Source: Eledone cirrhosa
Lineage: Eukaryota
NCBI GenBank assembly: GCA_964016885.1
Contig: OZ024740.1
Location: forward strand, 194,928,001 to 194,992,000
Direction of reading: 5' to 3'
DNA length: 64,000 nt
The notes under the pieces: model-generated
Seen by the model: only the letters and a program-made list of their open reading frames with translations
What the model was told of the DNA's origin: nothing
Databases searched by the model: none
Translations under genes and position numbers: made by a program
In this document: piece after piece, positions 12,841-27,325 of the stretch
Layout: each line of letters opens with the position of its first letter
Position numbering within the stretch: position 1 is the first letter of the stretch

Positions 12841-14678
12841 AGATATATTCTTTAAATATGCCAGATTGTGAAAAGAGTCATCACTTACTTATCAATGACA
12901 AGTAGTATGAAAAGTGTATTGACCTACAAAGGAAAGTGTGTTATATTTCCTCAGAAAAAATTGAATTTCCATCAGTAATTCATAATAAAAGGAGAAAGTA
13001 AATTTGATTAATTTTACTAGTGTGGCATCCTTTTTTGTCAGATATGTCAATATCAACTGAATTTATTTTTGGTCAGGACAAATTTGACCACTAAAAATTA
13101 AACTTGACAGCTATTCTCTGTTTTGCAAAAGAAATAGTGTTTGGTTAAAACATGAATTTGGAAACTAATGGCTTTTTCTTTGCCTACTGCATTAATTTTC
13201 ATTTAAAAATCAGAAATCAATAAGTTTTGCATCATTGATCCTTCAGAATATAATAGCAAACCAATATTCTTTTAATCACAGTTCTTAGAAGCATTTAAAT
13301 ATTTTCATTTTTGTCTTTTATTTGTTGTTTTTTTTTTTTTAGAATGACAGAGCAGCAGTTCATTTTAAACCACTTTACCCTGTATGTCCTTCCATTTTTT
13401 AAAGACAGATGAGTGTGATTTGAGATAGCTTTGGCTGCTGTTTTTAACAGACTGAGTAACTACTATATTATTCAGTATATCTTTCTATATTTTAATGACA
13501 GTAAGGTGTCATTTGAGAAAAATGATTTCACTGCAGTATCAAGCAGCCAGGAGTATGATATATTGGATCCTGCAGTGTTTAGTCTTGTTTTATTTTATAT
13601 TCTGAGATTGAATCCAGTCAGATGTCAACTTTATTTTTCATCGTGTTAGATTGTTAAAATAAGTTTTAGCCTTGGACAAAATGCTTTCTCATTTTCAATT
13701 CCAGCACTTTAAATTCTAGGTTCAAATTTCACTCAGGTAAAGTTTGTATCTTTTCAGGAGGATGGAAAACAATAAAATAAAGTATCAATCAAATACGGAA
13801 ATTGATTTATTAAACTAACCCCTATCCAATACAATTCATGGCCATGTGCTTATTATCATAATATAGGATTTAGCAACCAATGATTGCTAGTTAACATGCT
13901 AGGAACAGCTGCCAAATTACACTCTACAGCTTTCTTAAAACATGAAGAATACATTGGATAATATGAATAAAGTAGTATAGTTAGAACAAAGCATTATGAG
14001 ATATGTAATAAATGACTGACTGATAAGTTTCAGAAAGCTGGTATAATGTGGTAGAAATATAAAAAAAGCAAAGGATGACAAATAAAAAAAATAAAGTAAT
14101 GTTTTACCCATGATATTTCAGGGCTAATACCCTCTTTTCAAATTTAAAACAAAAATGGTTTCAAACAAAAACAAACGATCAATGTGTTCTTCCCTAACTG
14201 GTCTAAAATACTCAGAACTATAGAACTGTTATAGTAGCCAATCTGCTTCTGTGGAGCAGTTATAGTAGCTTCATGCATTTCCAATCTAATATTTATTTGT
14301 GGCCTTTTCTAGTTGATGATAATGGCCTCTTTGTTTCTTAAATTTCCAACATTCCTAACATAGTCTTTCATACATACACTATGTCTGAAGATGAAGTGGT
14401 TATGACTGGAATGTCTTTGATTATGATTGTGCTAGCTCAAGGTTGACTTGGAGTTAAAAAAAAACAACAACTTAATGTGGAAGAGAGGCAGAAATTGTAG
14501 AGTATCACTTTAACTACTTCTCATTACTCAGTTATGTCCCTTGATCTTCTAGGAAATGATTCTGAGCTTGGCATGGGTGGCTTATCCCAGCCTTTCATCC
14601 CTCCAAGGGTGGATAACATAAGTACCAGCCATGCACTCATACACATGGGGTCAATTTAATCAACTATCACCTCCCCAT

Positions 14679-14712
<34 letters not shown>

Positions 14713-14764
14713 ACAAATTTGTAATCTGAAGTCAATGTGATAAATCACCATTGAGGAAAAAGAG

Positions 14765-14838
14765 GTGAGGAAGGAGGAGGAGGAGGAGGAGGAGAAACAG
14801 AAGAAGAAGAAGAAGAAGAAGAAGAAGAAGAAGAAGAA
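14765..14838 (+). repeat. (GAG)n(GAA)n purine microsatellite
   Basis: Direct reading. Confidence 0.9.
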
Positions 14839-15012
14839 TCATTGATATGTAAGACAAGATAAAAGAGAGACAAAAAGAAAGAAGAGTGAGAAGAAGAAAA
14901 AGACAAGGATGAAGAAAATAAAGATGGAGCTGAAAGAAAGAGCCAGTGTTGAACAGCAATATAAAAAAAAAAAAAGAAAATGAAAAGAAAGAAAATGAGA
15001 CAAAAAATACAC

Positions 15013-15111
15013 CTCTGATCCAAATGATTTGTAAGAGTGTCTTGTGATGGAAGGTGTTTGTAAAGACTGCAAGAAATCTGTTATGTCTTGTGAAATTGCG
15101 ATCGACATTTC
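15013..15111 (-). other. Candidate 99-nt internal exon of an unidentified host gene
   Basis: Acceptor ttttttattctttctcttggcag|GAA; donor GAG|gtgtat (weak); open as EMSIAISQDITDFLQSLQTPSITRHSYKSFGSE; non-repetitive island. Confidence 0.35.
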
Positions 15112-16024
15112 CTGCCAAGAGAAAGAATAAAAAAAATCACAAACTGAAACCGGAGACACTTTGACAGCTTTTAATTAGATAAGCAGGGAGGCTGCTAAAT
15201 CATGATTTTTATTTGGTTAATGGTTGCTGTTTAATGCTACCACCTGATTATTAGAGTTTCAAGTCAGCAGCGACATATGTAATCCATTATACAAGCTGGC
15301 CTTTTAACTGCAACAGAGAATCACTAGAACCAACATTTCATTTATATAGCTATTATGTATTGGAACAACAACAACAACAATTGCAAGCAGATGGGCTATT
15401 ATTTTAGTTTTGGTTTTAGTCAAAGGGAGACAGACGGACAGACAAACAGACAGACAGACAGAGTATATTGTATTCTATAGATTCTGAAACTTGCTTTAAT
15501 GATATATACATAGGTAGAGAGAGAGATGGACAAGATATATTTAGCTGAAAATTACTGACCATGTAGAGAAAGAAAAACAAGGGGGGAGGAGCAGACAGAG
15601 GAGGAGGAGTGGTAGTAGTAGTAGTAGTCATTGATGGAAGGTAGGTTAAGTAATGAGCATTGTTTGGCAATGTTTCTATATCACATTTGATGTTCAAAAT
15701 AGCTTGCCATGCATTAAGAAAAATAAAGAACCAACAAGCTGAGTTATTTTGGTTTGGAAGCTGAAGAATCTAAACAAAGTCATTGGATTTTTCTGACATG
15801 GAATACATACATGCATTGTCAGAATACAGTTCAATGAAGAAAGTATTTTTCAATACTTCTATTTACGACTGTATGACGATAGTGGATAATGATTATAATA
15901 ATAACAATTTCCCAAATTATTCCAAGGTTACACACATGTAGCTATTGCAGAGAGTGATAATAAGTAACAGAATCACTCTTAGTGCATTTCATCTGTGTAT
16001 ATATGTATATATATATATATATAT

Positions 16025-17630
16025 CACATAAGAAACGAAGAATCAGTGTTGCGAGGAATAAAATTTATTAGACATATTACAATCATTTCTCTGGCGACCA
16101 GTAATGTAATGATCAAACCTGACTCTGAAATCACAAGGTCCTCAGATACGTCTCGATTCTATGAAGCAGAGTTTCCAAAAGTCCACTTACACCTGCGGCC
16201 TTCACTCGGCAGCTTAGATCCTGTTGTTGTCATTCTATGAGTGGTCAAGAATTGTACACATCATCGGTATTTTTGGCCACTCATGGCCGTCCTATATTTG
16301 GTTCCTTTCATTCGCCACCTGTCAATCAAAGTTGTTTCTTAAATCGGAATTACTACTGTAGGAGGTAAGGGATCGTATGATTGAACCGCTCACACCCTGT
16401 CATGGCCTTCTCACCTGTAGGCGCCCTCACCCATGTCCATGTTTCACGCAGGCATGATAGATACGGGCACTTATACACCCACAGTGATCACGTACACACC
16501 CGCAACTTTATTATATTGGACAATCACAGTAGATATTGAATGTGCAGCGAATACTTAGAAAGAATTTAAAAAAAAAGAAAAAACATTTAACAGAACATTT
16601 CCGAAAAACACAGCCTCAAAATACCTTAAAAAACCCATATTTCAAAAGGAAAAATCCTGTAAAAAGAACGTTTTTAAAGAATGCTTAAAATAGCCTTTCA
16701 AAAAAGTTAATTCAAAGGTATTTTTGATAAATATACACATATCTACACACACACACTCTACTCAGGAAAGCATATATAGTTAAGATGCTGCACATATATA
16801 CAGATGAAAAAATGGAAGATCTACACATACACAGGCATACATTTACACAGACATGTTCATAAATACATCCACCCAGACATGCATACACATGCATGTATGC
16901 ATATGTGCGTGGACACACGTACATACATGTACCCGCGCATGGGCATTACTTATACATCTCAAAAAAAGCACATACTTGATGAATACCTACACATCAACAC
17001 ACACATGAAACTGTGTACATGGCGCATAAAATATTATATGAGACAACATTCTTGAGGCTTAGACCCAACCCATTCATGTGGCGATATAAGCCTGAAAGTG
17101 TATGCACAATATGCATAAATGTAATAGCTACGTAGTAGCCATGTACTAATCACAGATAACATGGGGGGGGGCACATATATAAATGTGTGTACGTACATAA
17201 AATAAAATAAAATAAGATAAAATAAAATACTTGAAAAAGGAATGTATATATGACAAAGATGCAAAGGAGGTATCTGTTCACGGCACCCGGACATTATTGG
17301 GATGTGCATAAAGTTGCATATTATACTCGAGGACTGTGATGCATAGGGTTATATAAGATACAGAAGGACTGACGATCCAAGGGACTGGGTAAGAACCTAC
17401 ACATCAACCATGCACATGAGACAGGTTTCATGACAGGTGGACACAGTGGACCGTGTAGGATACACTAACAAGTTATATATATTGTGAATGTGTAGAATAT
17501 CCTTTTCACAATAGTATATATGAAATGTACATGGAATGGATGCATAAATAGAACATAGCAGCAGCTTGTGTTTTAGGTGTGTAGATAACAACGGCAGGCA
17601 AAGTTAGAATTAACTGCAACACTAACCGAT
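16025..17630. mobile_element. Unclassified CpG-retaining insertion block
   Basis: Higher-complexity, CpG-containing sequence between a (TA)n run and a SINE; weak similarity to 49535-51097. Confidence 0.3.
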
Positions 17631-17633
17631 GAT

Positions 17634-17983
17634 GGAGGTACATGGCTTAGTGGTTAGAGCATTGGCCTTGCAATCGAAAGGTTGTGAGTTCAATTCTCAG
17701 ACCGGGTGATGTGTTGTTTCCTTGAGCAAGACACTTTATTTCACATTGCTCCAGTTTACTCAGCTGTAGAAATGAGATGATAGGGACTGGGGTCCATATC
17801 ATTCCACTGTAAAGTGGACGTGGAGGTGCCACGGCAAAAAAGCACCCAGCACAACCTGTAAATGAGGTTGGCGTTAGGAAGGGCATCCAGCTGTAGAAAT
17901 CAAGCCAGAATCAGTTCCCGTCCGACCCTTGCAAGCAGGGAAAAGCGGACATAAAATAATGATGATGATGATGATGATGATGA
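17634..17983 (+). mobile_element. tRNA-headed SINE family A
   Basis: Near-identical to the 37658 and 55799 copies; A/B boxes, RTE tail, (ATG)n. Confidence 0.9.
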
Positions 17984-19589
17984 TATATATACATTTTTCA
18001 TGCTTGCATGGGTTAGATGAGTTGTCACGTTATGAGACAAGTCAGGTTAGAGACCACATCTTGCTCATATGGATTTGTATTTTGGTTTGGTTTCTATGGC
18101 TACATCATATCACCAACACAACCACCTTATAAGATGGAATGGGTGTTTTTTGTCATGTCACCAACACGACTACATTACAGGGTGGACTGGGCACTTTTTG
18201 CCATATCAACACCATGACCACCTTACAGAGTGGACTGGGTGCCTTTTGCCATGTCACCAGCATGATATATATATTTAAATTGCAGTTGCCCCAACCTAGA
18301 TGACTATAGTAGTGGTCAATCACTATAAATTAAGTTTAGAAAATTGGGAAAGGTACCCTACAAAATGAAAGAAAGGGGACAAAAATGGATATGAGGAATC
18401 AAACTCTGCATCTCTCAGATTACATTAACCATTATGCTAAGGTATCCCCTAGCTACAAATGAGGTAATTGCCTATTATATAAACCAAGTTGACTAATGAC
18501 TTGTGAATGAATTTGATAGATGGAAACTATAAAGAGACCAGTCCTTATTCTAGCGACTATGCTCTCCAAGCACCCTCCTCCACTGCTAATTATATCACCT
18601 AGGTAGCAGAAACTATCAACCACTTCTATGGTTCCTTCCTGGGATTGAAAAAGGTTTATATTATTTATTTTATTATTGGTGCTCTTACTATCAATTGACC
18701 CTAAACATTGACTACATGCAAAGCCTTCTTACAGCACAAATACATATGTATGTGTGTGTCTAAACACACACACACACACATATTGGCAATGGTGGTAATG
18801 GCAAAATAGTGATTAGTTCTTCAGCCAAATTTCCTAGGGAAAATAAACTGGATACAGAATTCTACTACAGGCTGAAAGCAACATACAATTTTTTATAAAC
18901 ATATGCACAGACACACATGTATATATAGAGACTGTGGTAGATAGAAACTGATTACTATCATTTTTGGAGTGTTTTATTTTGCAAGACACTTTTCTTCCTT
19001 TGATTTTTTTATTGAAAAATGTAAGAAATTCTTCATATTTTTCATAATTTGTATATGTATGACTTATTTTTACTACTGAACATTTATTTTCCATAGAATT
19101 TCATTAGTTGTTAAAGTTTGTGGGCAATAAATTGGTTAAACTTCTATAAAACACCACATATTTTAACTATTTTTAAAATATAATTCCAATTAATATATAA
19201 TATTAAAAATACAATAGGATCGTCTAAACATCGAATGCAAGAGTAAAATGGGTATCAAAGAGGTCTGTAGTTAAAAAAAAGGTTTCCACCATTATATTGT
19301 TTTAGTTCTGTAATGTATTGTATAACTATAATAATGGACTCTTCACAACATATGTCTATATTAATCTTAAAGCAACACCTGCTTCTTAATTTACTTTTTT
19401 CCATCTTATTATCACCACTTATGTTTCACTCTTTTATATTGATATTAGTAATTATTTTTTACTCTTTTATTGATTTTAGTATACGGCCATATGACCACAT
19501 TTAGGCTGTTGTTGTTTTTAAAATCTAAAGTTTGTCTCGTGCTTCGGGGTTCAACAGGCTGGTGTCTATCCCACTTTCCATGGCGTTTA

Positions 19590-19973
19590 CCCTTTATCAT
19601 TTACATCACTCTCTATATACTATTGTATTTTTATGGTAAAGGCTTTATCTTACATAATTATCTCACATAATATCGAATCTATGAGATTTTGATAGGGTCG
19701 GACGCCATGCTTTGACACATTGAGTTATGGCCCTTGCCATTCTGAGTTCAAATCCCGCCGAGGTTAACTTTGCCTTTCATCCTTACGGGGGTCGATAAAA
19801 TAAAGTACCAGTAATGCACTGGGGTAATAGCTGGCCTTGTGCCAAAAGTAGAAACAATTATTTACTTTGAGAACAATACCTTAACATCAGTATGAGCGGC
19901 CGGTTACAACCAGTTTGAAAAGAAAGAGGTGAGAGAATTCTGGTCAAATATATCCGGTTTAAATACTAAAAGG
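19590..19973. mobile_element. piggyBac-type MITE interrupted by a SINE family C copy (about 19694-19860)
   Basis: Flanks match the uninterrupted copy at 22468-22688; right end AAGG-TTAA. Confidence 0.75.
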
Positions 19974-22467
19974 TTAAGTGACTGAGAGTACAAGACTTCC
20001 CCTCATTTTCAGCTGAGTATACTGGACCAATGTGAAATGAAGGGTTTTGTTCAAGAACAAAACACACAACCCAGTCAAGAAATGAAACCCACAACATTAT
20101 GATCGTAAATTCAACACTCTTACTCTTAGGCCATGGACCTTCACTGTTGAACCACAAGTTCTTGTTGAGCAAACTAAGACATTCCAGTAGTGACCATCCA
20201 ATCCTTTTTTTAGCAGACATTGTGTACCCCAGATTAAATTATCCAATGTATTCTTTTTTTTTTAAATGGTAGTGTGGGAACTTTCACTGCTATTCCTTGA
20301 ATGTTGAGTGACAGTGTAGAGGCTCTCTCTTTGGCTCATCCATTATTAAGTAAAATGAAAGTGTAAGTTAAATAAGCAAAAATAAAAAAGATACAAACAG
20401 AAGTGCATAGTTGAACATTTAATCATCATCATCATCATCATCCTCATCCTCATCATTGACATTGTTTTATCATCTGCTTTCTCTGCTAGCAAGGGATCAA
20501 GTCAGTACTGAAGTGGGGATGCTTATCTCCTGGGCAGATTAGGGATCTGCATCTTGCTTATGTATGGAGTGCACAAGAGAAGCGGTCATGTCATTGACAC
20601 AACTCAGGGTCCTCCCAACCTTTTATTTGGCAAGCTCTCTATGGCTGGATACCCTTGCTATCACTAACCACTTTACAGCATGTACTGGGTGTGTTTATCA
20701 TGTTAGAACATACATGAAGGAATCATTTATGATATTTTGGTCATTTCCACAAAAGATTAGAACCAGTTAAAAAGAGTGCTCTAGTGAAAAATCTGGTTCT
20801 TTTAGGAAAGAGCAATGTATGGATGGACCCGTAACTCTAGTTGAAGACTTGTGTAGTGGCATACAGCATGTCTTGGGCCTTTTTTGAGCTCATCACCCCT
20901 CTAGGTCTGAATATAGTCAATTTCTTCCAGGGGAAAGAGAGAGAGTGATAGAGAGGCAGTGAGAAAAAGGTGTAGAGGAAGAATCGACTCCAGTACTGGA
21001 CTGGTAGTTTTTTATTGACCTCAAAAGTGGAAAGGCAACGTTGACTTCAGTGGATTTTGAACTCAGAAAGTAGAGAGTTGGAATGAGTAACACAAAACAT
21101 TCTATTCAATGTTCTAACAACACTGCCATTTCGCCACCTTTGGAAAGGACAATACACTTGTTCGAATTGACTCACTAATATATTATTGGTATTATATTAA
21201 GTAAATAAATGATACTCTGTTGGTTTCGATGATGAGCATTCCAGCTGTTTGTCAACTGAACTATCTACTTATTAAATGTAAGTAGCTGTGATTTTTTACA
21301 AGCATGTAATTCCCAGCTAGAATCAGCAGGATAAATAATTTAATAAGGATTGCCTTTTGAATTACAGGTAAAATCCTCCCAATGAGTTCCACAGATTCTG
21401 TCAATCCAATTACACTCACAAAGCTTAGATCAACCTGAGGCTATATTAAAAGATATTTTGCATCGATGATGATGTCTTCTTCAAGATTCTATGCAATGGG
21501 ATTGAATTTGAGACTGCATGATTGTGAAGCAAACTTCTTAACTAACTAACCATACAATTGTTGATTAATATATACAAAAAAAAAAAAAAAGTAATATCTG
21601 AATAAGATTTGAATTCAAAATATATAGGGAATACAAAACTACAAAATTTAATACAAGATCAGCCCTAGTTCTGCAAACCTATTGTCAAAGACATTTCAAC
21701 CATGACCATCCCATTTTCATATATAGCTAGGACTACAATGACCATTGTGTCTTTCCTTTTCTTCTTTTTTTAGATGGTGGAGTAGGTTTTGAAAAAAAAT
21801 GGTTATTATTTCAAGCATATTGAGTTTCCCTCTTTGTCTCTCAGAAATATTAATTTAGTTTTGCAATTAACCATTTCTATCAGGTAGTTAGTCATTTCTA
21901 ACACACCCTGCTTTTTAATATAGATACACCATTTTCTGTTACGTCAATATGAAGTTACCCACCCATAAAACTCAAACCAGCATGGAGAAGAGGGTATAAA
22001 ATTTGTGGCAAAGGAAAACTTCCATAAATTTTGGCAAAGAATAACTACCAGTCACGTACTGGGATCGATTATACCTCAACACCTGCTTGCTATTTAAGTT
22101 TATCTTCATAAAATTTGAACCAATAATGTAAAGTGGCATAGCCAAAAGTTGGAAGGAATTCTCTCCAACTCTTTACTGGTTCTGCCAATCTATCACTTTT
22201 TTCCAATATAGAATAACAATTTCTCTGAAATAGATGATCTAACTAAAAAAAAGAAAGATGAAAAAGTAAAAGCAGAATTGTTTTATGATCTTTTGCATTT
22301 GTAAATTATAAGAGAGTAAATAACAGATAACAAAGAAACTGGCAACAGTTTGCTGTGGCAGTAAATATATATTTTTACTTGGTAGATCTAGGGGAAGGGG
22401 CAGCATCTATGCCAGACCCCATCCCCTACCCCACCCCACACACACTGGATAGATCGATGCTGTTTAA

Positions 22468-22688
22468 CCCATTAGCATTTACATTACTCTATTTTTACTA
22501 TTGCATTTTTTGCAGTAAAGGCTTTATCTCACATAATTATCTCACATAATATCAAATCTATGAGATTTTTATATTATTTATTTTGAGAACAATACCTTAA
22601 CATCAGTATGAGCAGCCAGTTATGGCCAAGTTGAACAGAAAGAGGTGAGAGAATTCTGGCCAGATACAATCATTTAAATTCTAAAGGG
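22468..22688. mobile_element. piggyBac-type MITE (221 bp)
   Basis: TTAA|CCCATTAGCATTTA ... TAAATTCTAAAGGG|TTAA terminal inverted repeats with TTAA target duplication. Confidence 0.8.
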
Positions 22689-22699
22689 TTAAACTACTA

Positions 22700-23000
22700 C
22701 AAGTCTATTTCTTTTGGAATGACAACAGCAAGGAGGGCATAGCCAAGTTTCTCAGCAACATAGAGTGGATGTAACGATTTGTGTGGAGGCCTGAGGGCTT
22801 GACAGAAACATGGGTGACGAGAGGAGGGGAGATGAAGAAGTATGTCAGACGTTTCTGAGTGGAGGTGGCATGAGATTAGCAAGCACTGGGAACAGAGACT
22901 ATTGTAGTATTGGTAGAAGAGACAGAGAAATAAAACAGCATGCTTGTGGATCAGAGGCTGGAGAATGTCAATTAAATGATGCAATCATGACTTTGGACAA
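22700..23000 (-). pseudogene. Decayed CR1-group (Zenon-like) LINE 3' fragment
   Basis: LQPLIHKHAV..LCLFYQYYNSLCS then frameshifted LANLMPPPLR resembles the HRRxVASLxxFYRYYxGxCS motif. Confidence 0.5.
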
Positions 23001-23809
23001 GTTTCTATAAAAAATTGTTTTCCACCAGTTGAAAGTGTTATCATTTTCTCAGATGAAGGATCAGTTTTGAAACATCAGATTCTTTTTCATCAAAGTTATT
23101 CAGACTTACGAAATTCACTGTGAGAGAGCAAATTTTAAGATATTTAGGATTTCCAGAAATGACAGTTGCAATTGCACTTAAATTTTCTAAGGAATAGTGG
23201 ATATTACATTTTCTCCAGGAAGATTTACCCAAGTGTGTTTGTGCGTGTGTGTGTGGAGGTGGTTGATAAGGGGATATATTCATAGCCATAATTACATTTT
23301 AGGAACAAAAGACTTCATCTGTACATGTGTGGATGCACTGTGGAAGCAATATTAAGTCAATATATTCTCCTATTGCAAGATAAACTAATTTAAGAAATAT
23401 TCAATAGCTAAGGGTATGCAATAAATAAGGAGGTTTCATCACATCACTGGACTTATGAAACCAATAAGGAAGATTCCCATGAGTTTGCAGCATCTGAATA
23501 AAGCCTTATGAGAAAGAGAGAGAGGGGGGTATAAGGGAAAAGAAGAAAAGATGTATACAAAAACAAGAAAAGTAACATAAATTAAATTAAAAAATATACA
23601 TAAAATTCTTCAGTTTGTTGATTATGATATTCTCTAAGAATTTGTAAGAAAAAAAGAGACAAAAGTAACATACATATTATCATCATCACCACCAACATCA
23701 TTTTTGTATCTACTTTTTCCATGCTTCCATGGGTTAGACAAGTCAACTCCAATATAGTGTCCTTCCACTTGCAATACTTAGTTACAATAGTTATAATGAT
23801 AATAATAAT

Positions 23810-23921
23810 TGTTTCTACTTTTGGCACAAGGCCAGCAATTACTTTAGCGCATTACTGGTACTTTATTTTATCGACCCCGTAAGGATGAAAGGCAAAATTA
23901 ACCTCGGCAGAATTTGAACTC
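23810..23921 (-). mobile_element. Truncated SINE family C
   Basis: Reverse complement of about 25000-25112. Confidence 0.75.
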
Positions 23922-24922
23922 GTTCATGTATAGTACATAGAATAATGTACAAATGTCAGGAAAGTGAAGAGTGTATAAGCCATAGTATACATGTGTGCGT
24001 GCATATGGAGGGGGGATATCAAGTGTAGTGTTGGAGAATTTCAGGAAGCATGGAACCTTTGAAGGATGCAGTGTTGGAATTCCACCAAAGTACACTCTCC
24101 TTTTCCCAGCCAAGGAATGGAGTTCATTTAATTGATTACATCTTTACAACACAATGAATTTGCTAATTATATTTTATTAAAAGTATACATATAATCATTT
24201 TTACATCTGCTTATTCCTTGCTTGCGTGGGTTGGTATGAGACTTTCCGAGGCAGATTTTTTATAGATGGCTAAATGTTCTTCATGACACAAACCCATACA
24301 TTATTTTAAGTTATGGTATATATATATATATATATTGCTAATATTGTTATACTACATGATGTTAATGAGTGTCATCAAAAATCTCACCACTATTTCTTGC
24401 TTGTGATTGGTGTTAGGAAGGACATCCAGCTGTAAAAACCCTGGCCAAATTTACAGTCCTGTCATACCAAGGTACAGTGTGGTCAGACTTGTCTCTCTAT
24501 GCGGACGACCAGTCTGACCCCTGCAAGCATGGAAAATGGACATTAACCGATGATGATGATGAAATGGTGCTGATATGTTTTTTTATGGTAACTAGCATAC
24601 ATACATACCCACACACACACATGTGATAGGCTTCCAACAGTTTCCACCTATCAAATTTACTCACAAGGCATTGGTTTTCAAAAAACACTTGCCAAAGGTG
24701 TAATGTAGTGGGACTGAAACCCAAACCAAGTGATTCTGAAGCAAACTTTTAATCACACAGTCATGCCTGTACTTTAAATTAAAACAAAATATATGTGTGC
24801 ATGAGATTTCAAAGTAACTAATCAAATATTTCAAAAGAAATTATCAAGCAATGATGTCAGTTGATATATATTGAAACAGTTGCCACTCCACAATCATAAT
24901 GTCTTCATTATATTTAAGATAA

Positions 24923-25112
24923 GGCGGTGGATTGGCAGTATCGGTAGAGGGTCGGACGCCATGCTTTGACACATAGAGTTATGGCCCTTGCCATTTTGAG
25001 TTCAAATCCCGTCGAGGTTAACTTTGCCTTTCATCCTTACGGGGTCGATAAAATAAAGTACCAGTAATGCACTGGGTAATTGCTGGCCTTGTGCCAAAAG
25101 TAGAAACAATTA
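24923..25112 (+). mobile_element. Full-length SINE family C (tRNA-like head, Nin/Deu-like core)
   Basis: A box TGGCAGTATCGG, B box GAGTTCAAATC, core GCCTTTCATCCTTACGGGGTCGATAAA, tail GGCCTTGTGCCAAAAGTAGAAAC. Confidence 0.85.
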
Positions 25113-27090
25113 TATTTAAGAAAAAGAAAAATATATACTCTTTTTTTCAATCTCAGAACATCTCCCTTAGGCATGAATGAATATTTTTCCTTTTCTTCTC
25201 CCTAATCCCACCCCCACCATACATTTTTATATATATTTATTATATTATTTTAGACATATATGAGGATGAGTGTGTATGTGTAGGGGTGTAGGTGTACCTA
25301 TGTATGTGTATATGAATAAATTCATATGCCAGTGCATACAGATAACCATATTACATATATACAAGTGTCATACATATATACATATAATTCTTTCTTGCAA
25401 GAACATGCATCCTTGTGTGTTTGCATGTGCATGAGAATATGCACATTAAAAGCTCAGCCTCCACTTTTTTCTGGACATGTACAATACTCTGTATATATGA
25501 GTGTATACCTTTGTGTGAACAGCTTCTAGTCACAAGCTTCATTCCAATTGTTAATATGTATATATGTGTACAGATGTGTATATGAATGATGCCACTGCCA
25601 AGCTTCTTGCTGTGTTCACTGACCTGGCAAGCAAAGAAATGCTCACACTCTCCTAAACTGACTAATATTCACTTTTTCTTAGCTCTTATCTGTCTTCATC
25701 CCTAACCTCACACTCATCCTTTCTTCTTTCAAATTCTCATCCTTTCACTCTTCAGCCATGTTTCTATCTTCCATCACTTTCCTTCCACTAATGTGCAACA
25801 ACTAATTCTTTGCTATTTCCTGCCATCGTTCATTGTGTCCACATTCACATGCACTACAGACAAAGAAATCCATTTCTCACTCCCAGAAGAAAAACTTTGT
25901 CTAAAACTTCTCTATCAACAGCATATGAACAAAACAAATTTCACAGTTTACCAATAAATGCAATTTTTACTTCTACAGAGCATCACTAGTCTCCCTGGAT
26001 TTTGTTTTTTAACTAATTTTAAAATACATTTGGTATTAAAAATTTGAAATCAATTATTTGACATCTCCTGGGGAAGAGGTCTGGGAAAAATCCAAATAAA
26101 ACACTTAGTACTTAACCACAGGCTACAGTCCTCAAATCCACAATATTTACCTCAGTGCTTGTTCATCTACAAGTTGCTTTTATTTAACTCACATCAAAAA
26201 CATTTTAACCCTGACCTTAATGTGTCTTTTCCTCATTCAAGTGAGTAGTGTAGGATTTTAAAGAGATTCAGCTGCTATTTCTAGAAGGTCGAATAACCTA
26301 TATAGAGACTGCATTGTTGGCTTATCACATATTGCGTTAGAATGTTATCAGGAATGAACTATCTCAGCTTAAATTTATCATACACGATATGGGTGTCTTA
26401 TAGAACTATGAAACGTTACATATGACAATATATGCTGTGTACAAAACATTCATCTTCCTACTTTAACATATGTGGGATAGATTTTCATTTGAAATTTGAT
26501 ATTACGAATGGTTGAAACATGCATTTTTATAGTTTTAAAGATGGATGGCTTTCTCACCATTAAACTAGTCAAGTGTAAAAAAATGAATCTAGCAAAGCAA
26601 TGTGCTTGGCTAGCAAAACTGGGAGAACACAATGTTTAGAGCAAGATTTTTTTAATATGTGAATTGCAGCATTAATCTCACAACCACCATCACTAACATA
26701 TGTATAAAACATATATATGACTAAACAGTAATAAATACCCAATATGTATGCATGTATGTGTATATGTCTGCAAACATCAAATAAAACATTTCAACACACG
26801 CCATATATATATATACACACACAAACATACATATATATATCATCATCATCATCGTTTTAACATTCCATTTTCCCTGATATATATATACATACATATATAT
26901 ATACAATGATATTAAATAGCGTTTAAAATAACAGTTTTTCAATCATATAACTCAACCTTATTTACATATTCATTTGCATATTCATCCATAAGTTTGAAAT
27001 ATCCGTTCTTTAATCTCACTACCCAAAGAAAATTCAACTGATAAGGTATGGTTTCCTTGGCTATGTCAAAATTTATAAAACACTCTTTGT

Positions 27091-27290
27091 ATTTTATCTG
27101 ATGAAGGCATACCAAAGTTTTTGGTACCCTTGAAATATATACAATAGAATAAATATGGTTTTATAAATATAGTTTCCATTTATTTAATATCATTGCATAT
27201 TTACTCCAGAAATCTGTCGAGTGCTCTGAATCAGTTATAAACATTTATATTTGTTGAATTTCCAACAAATTAAATATCCCTTCTACTTAC
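27091..27290 (+). mobile_element. Penelope-type pLTR remnant with degenerate hammerhead
   Basis: ATTTTAT-CTGATGA-AGG.(stem II).CCTT-GAAA-TATATACA-ATAGAAT (U16.1 replaced by C); downstream CTGTCGAGTGCT shared with about 32479. Confidence 0.6.
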
Positions 27291-27325
27291 ATATATATAT
27301 ATATATATATATACATACATATATA

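Noticed and set aside
23041-23135. Minus-strand exon or 8-nt microexon (cag|TGAATTTC|gtaagt)
   Set aside because: Abuts a decayed CR1-group LINE fragment and has a weak pyrimidine tract; likely chance
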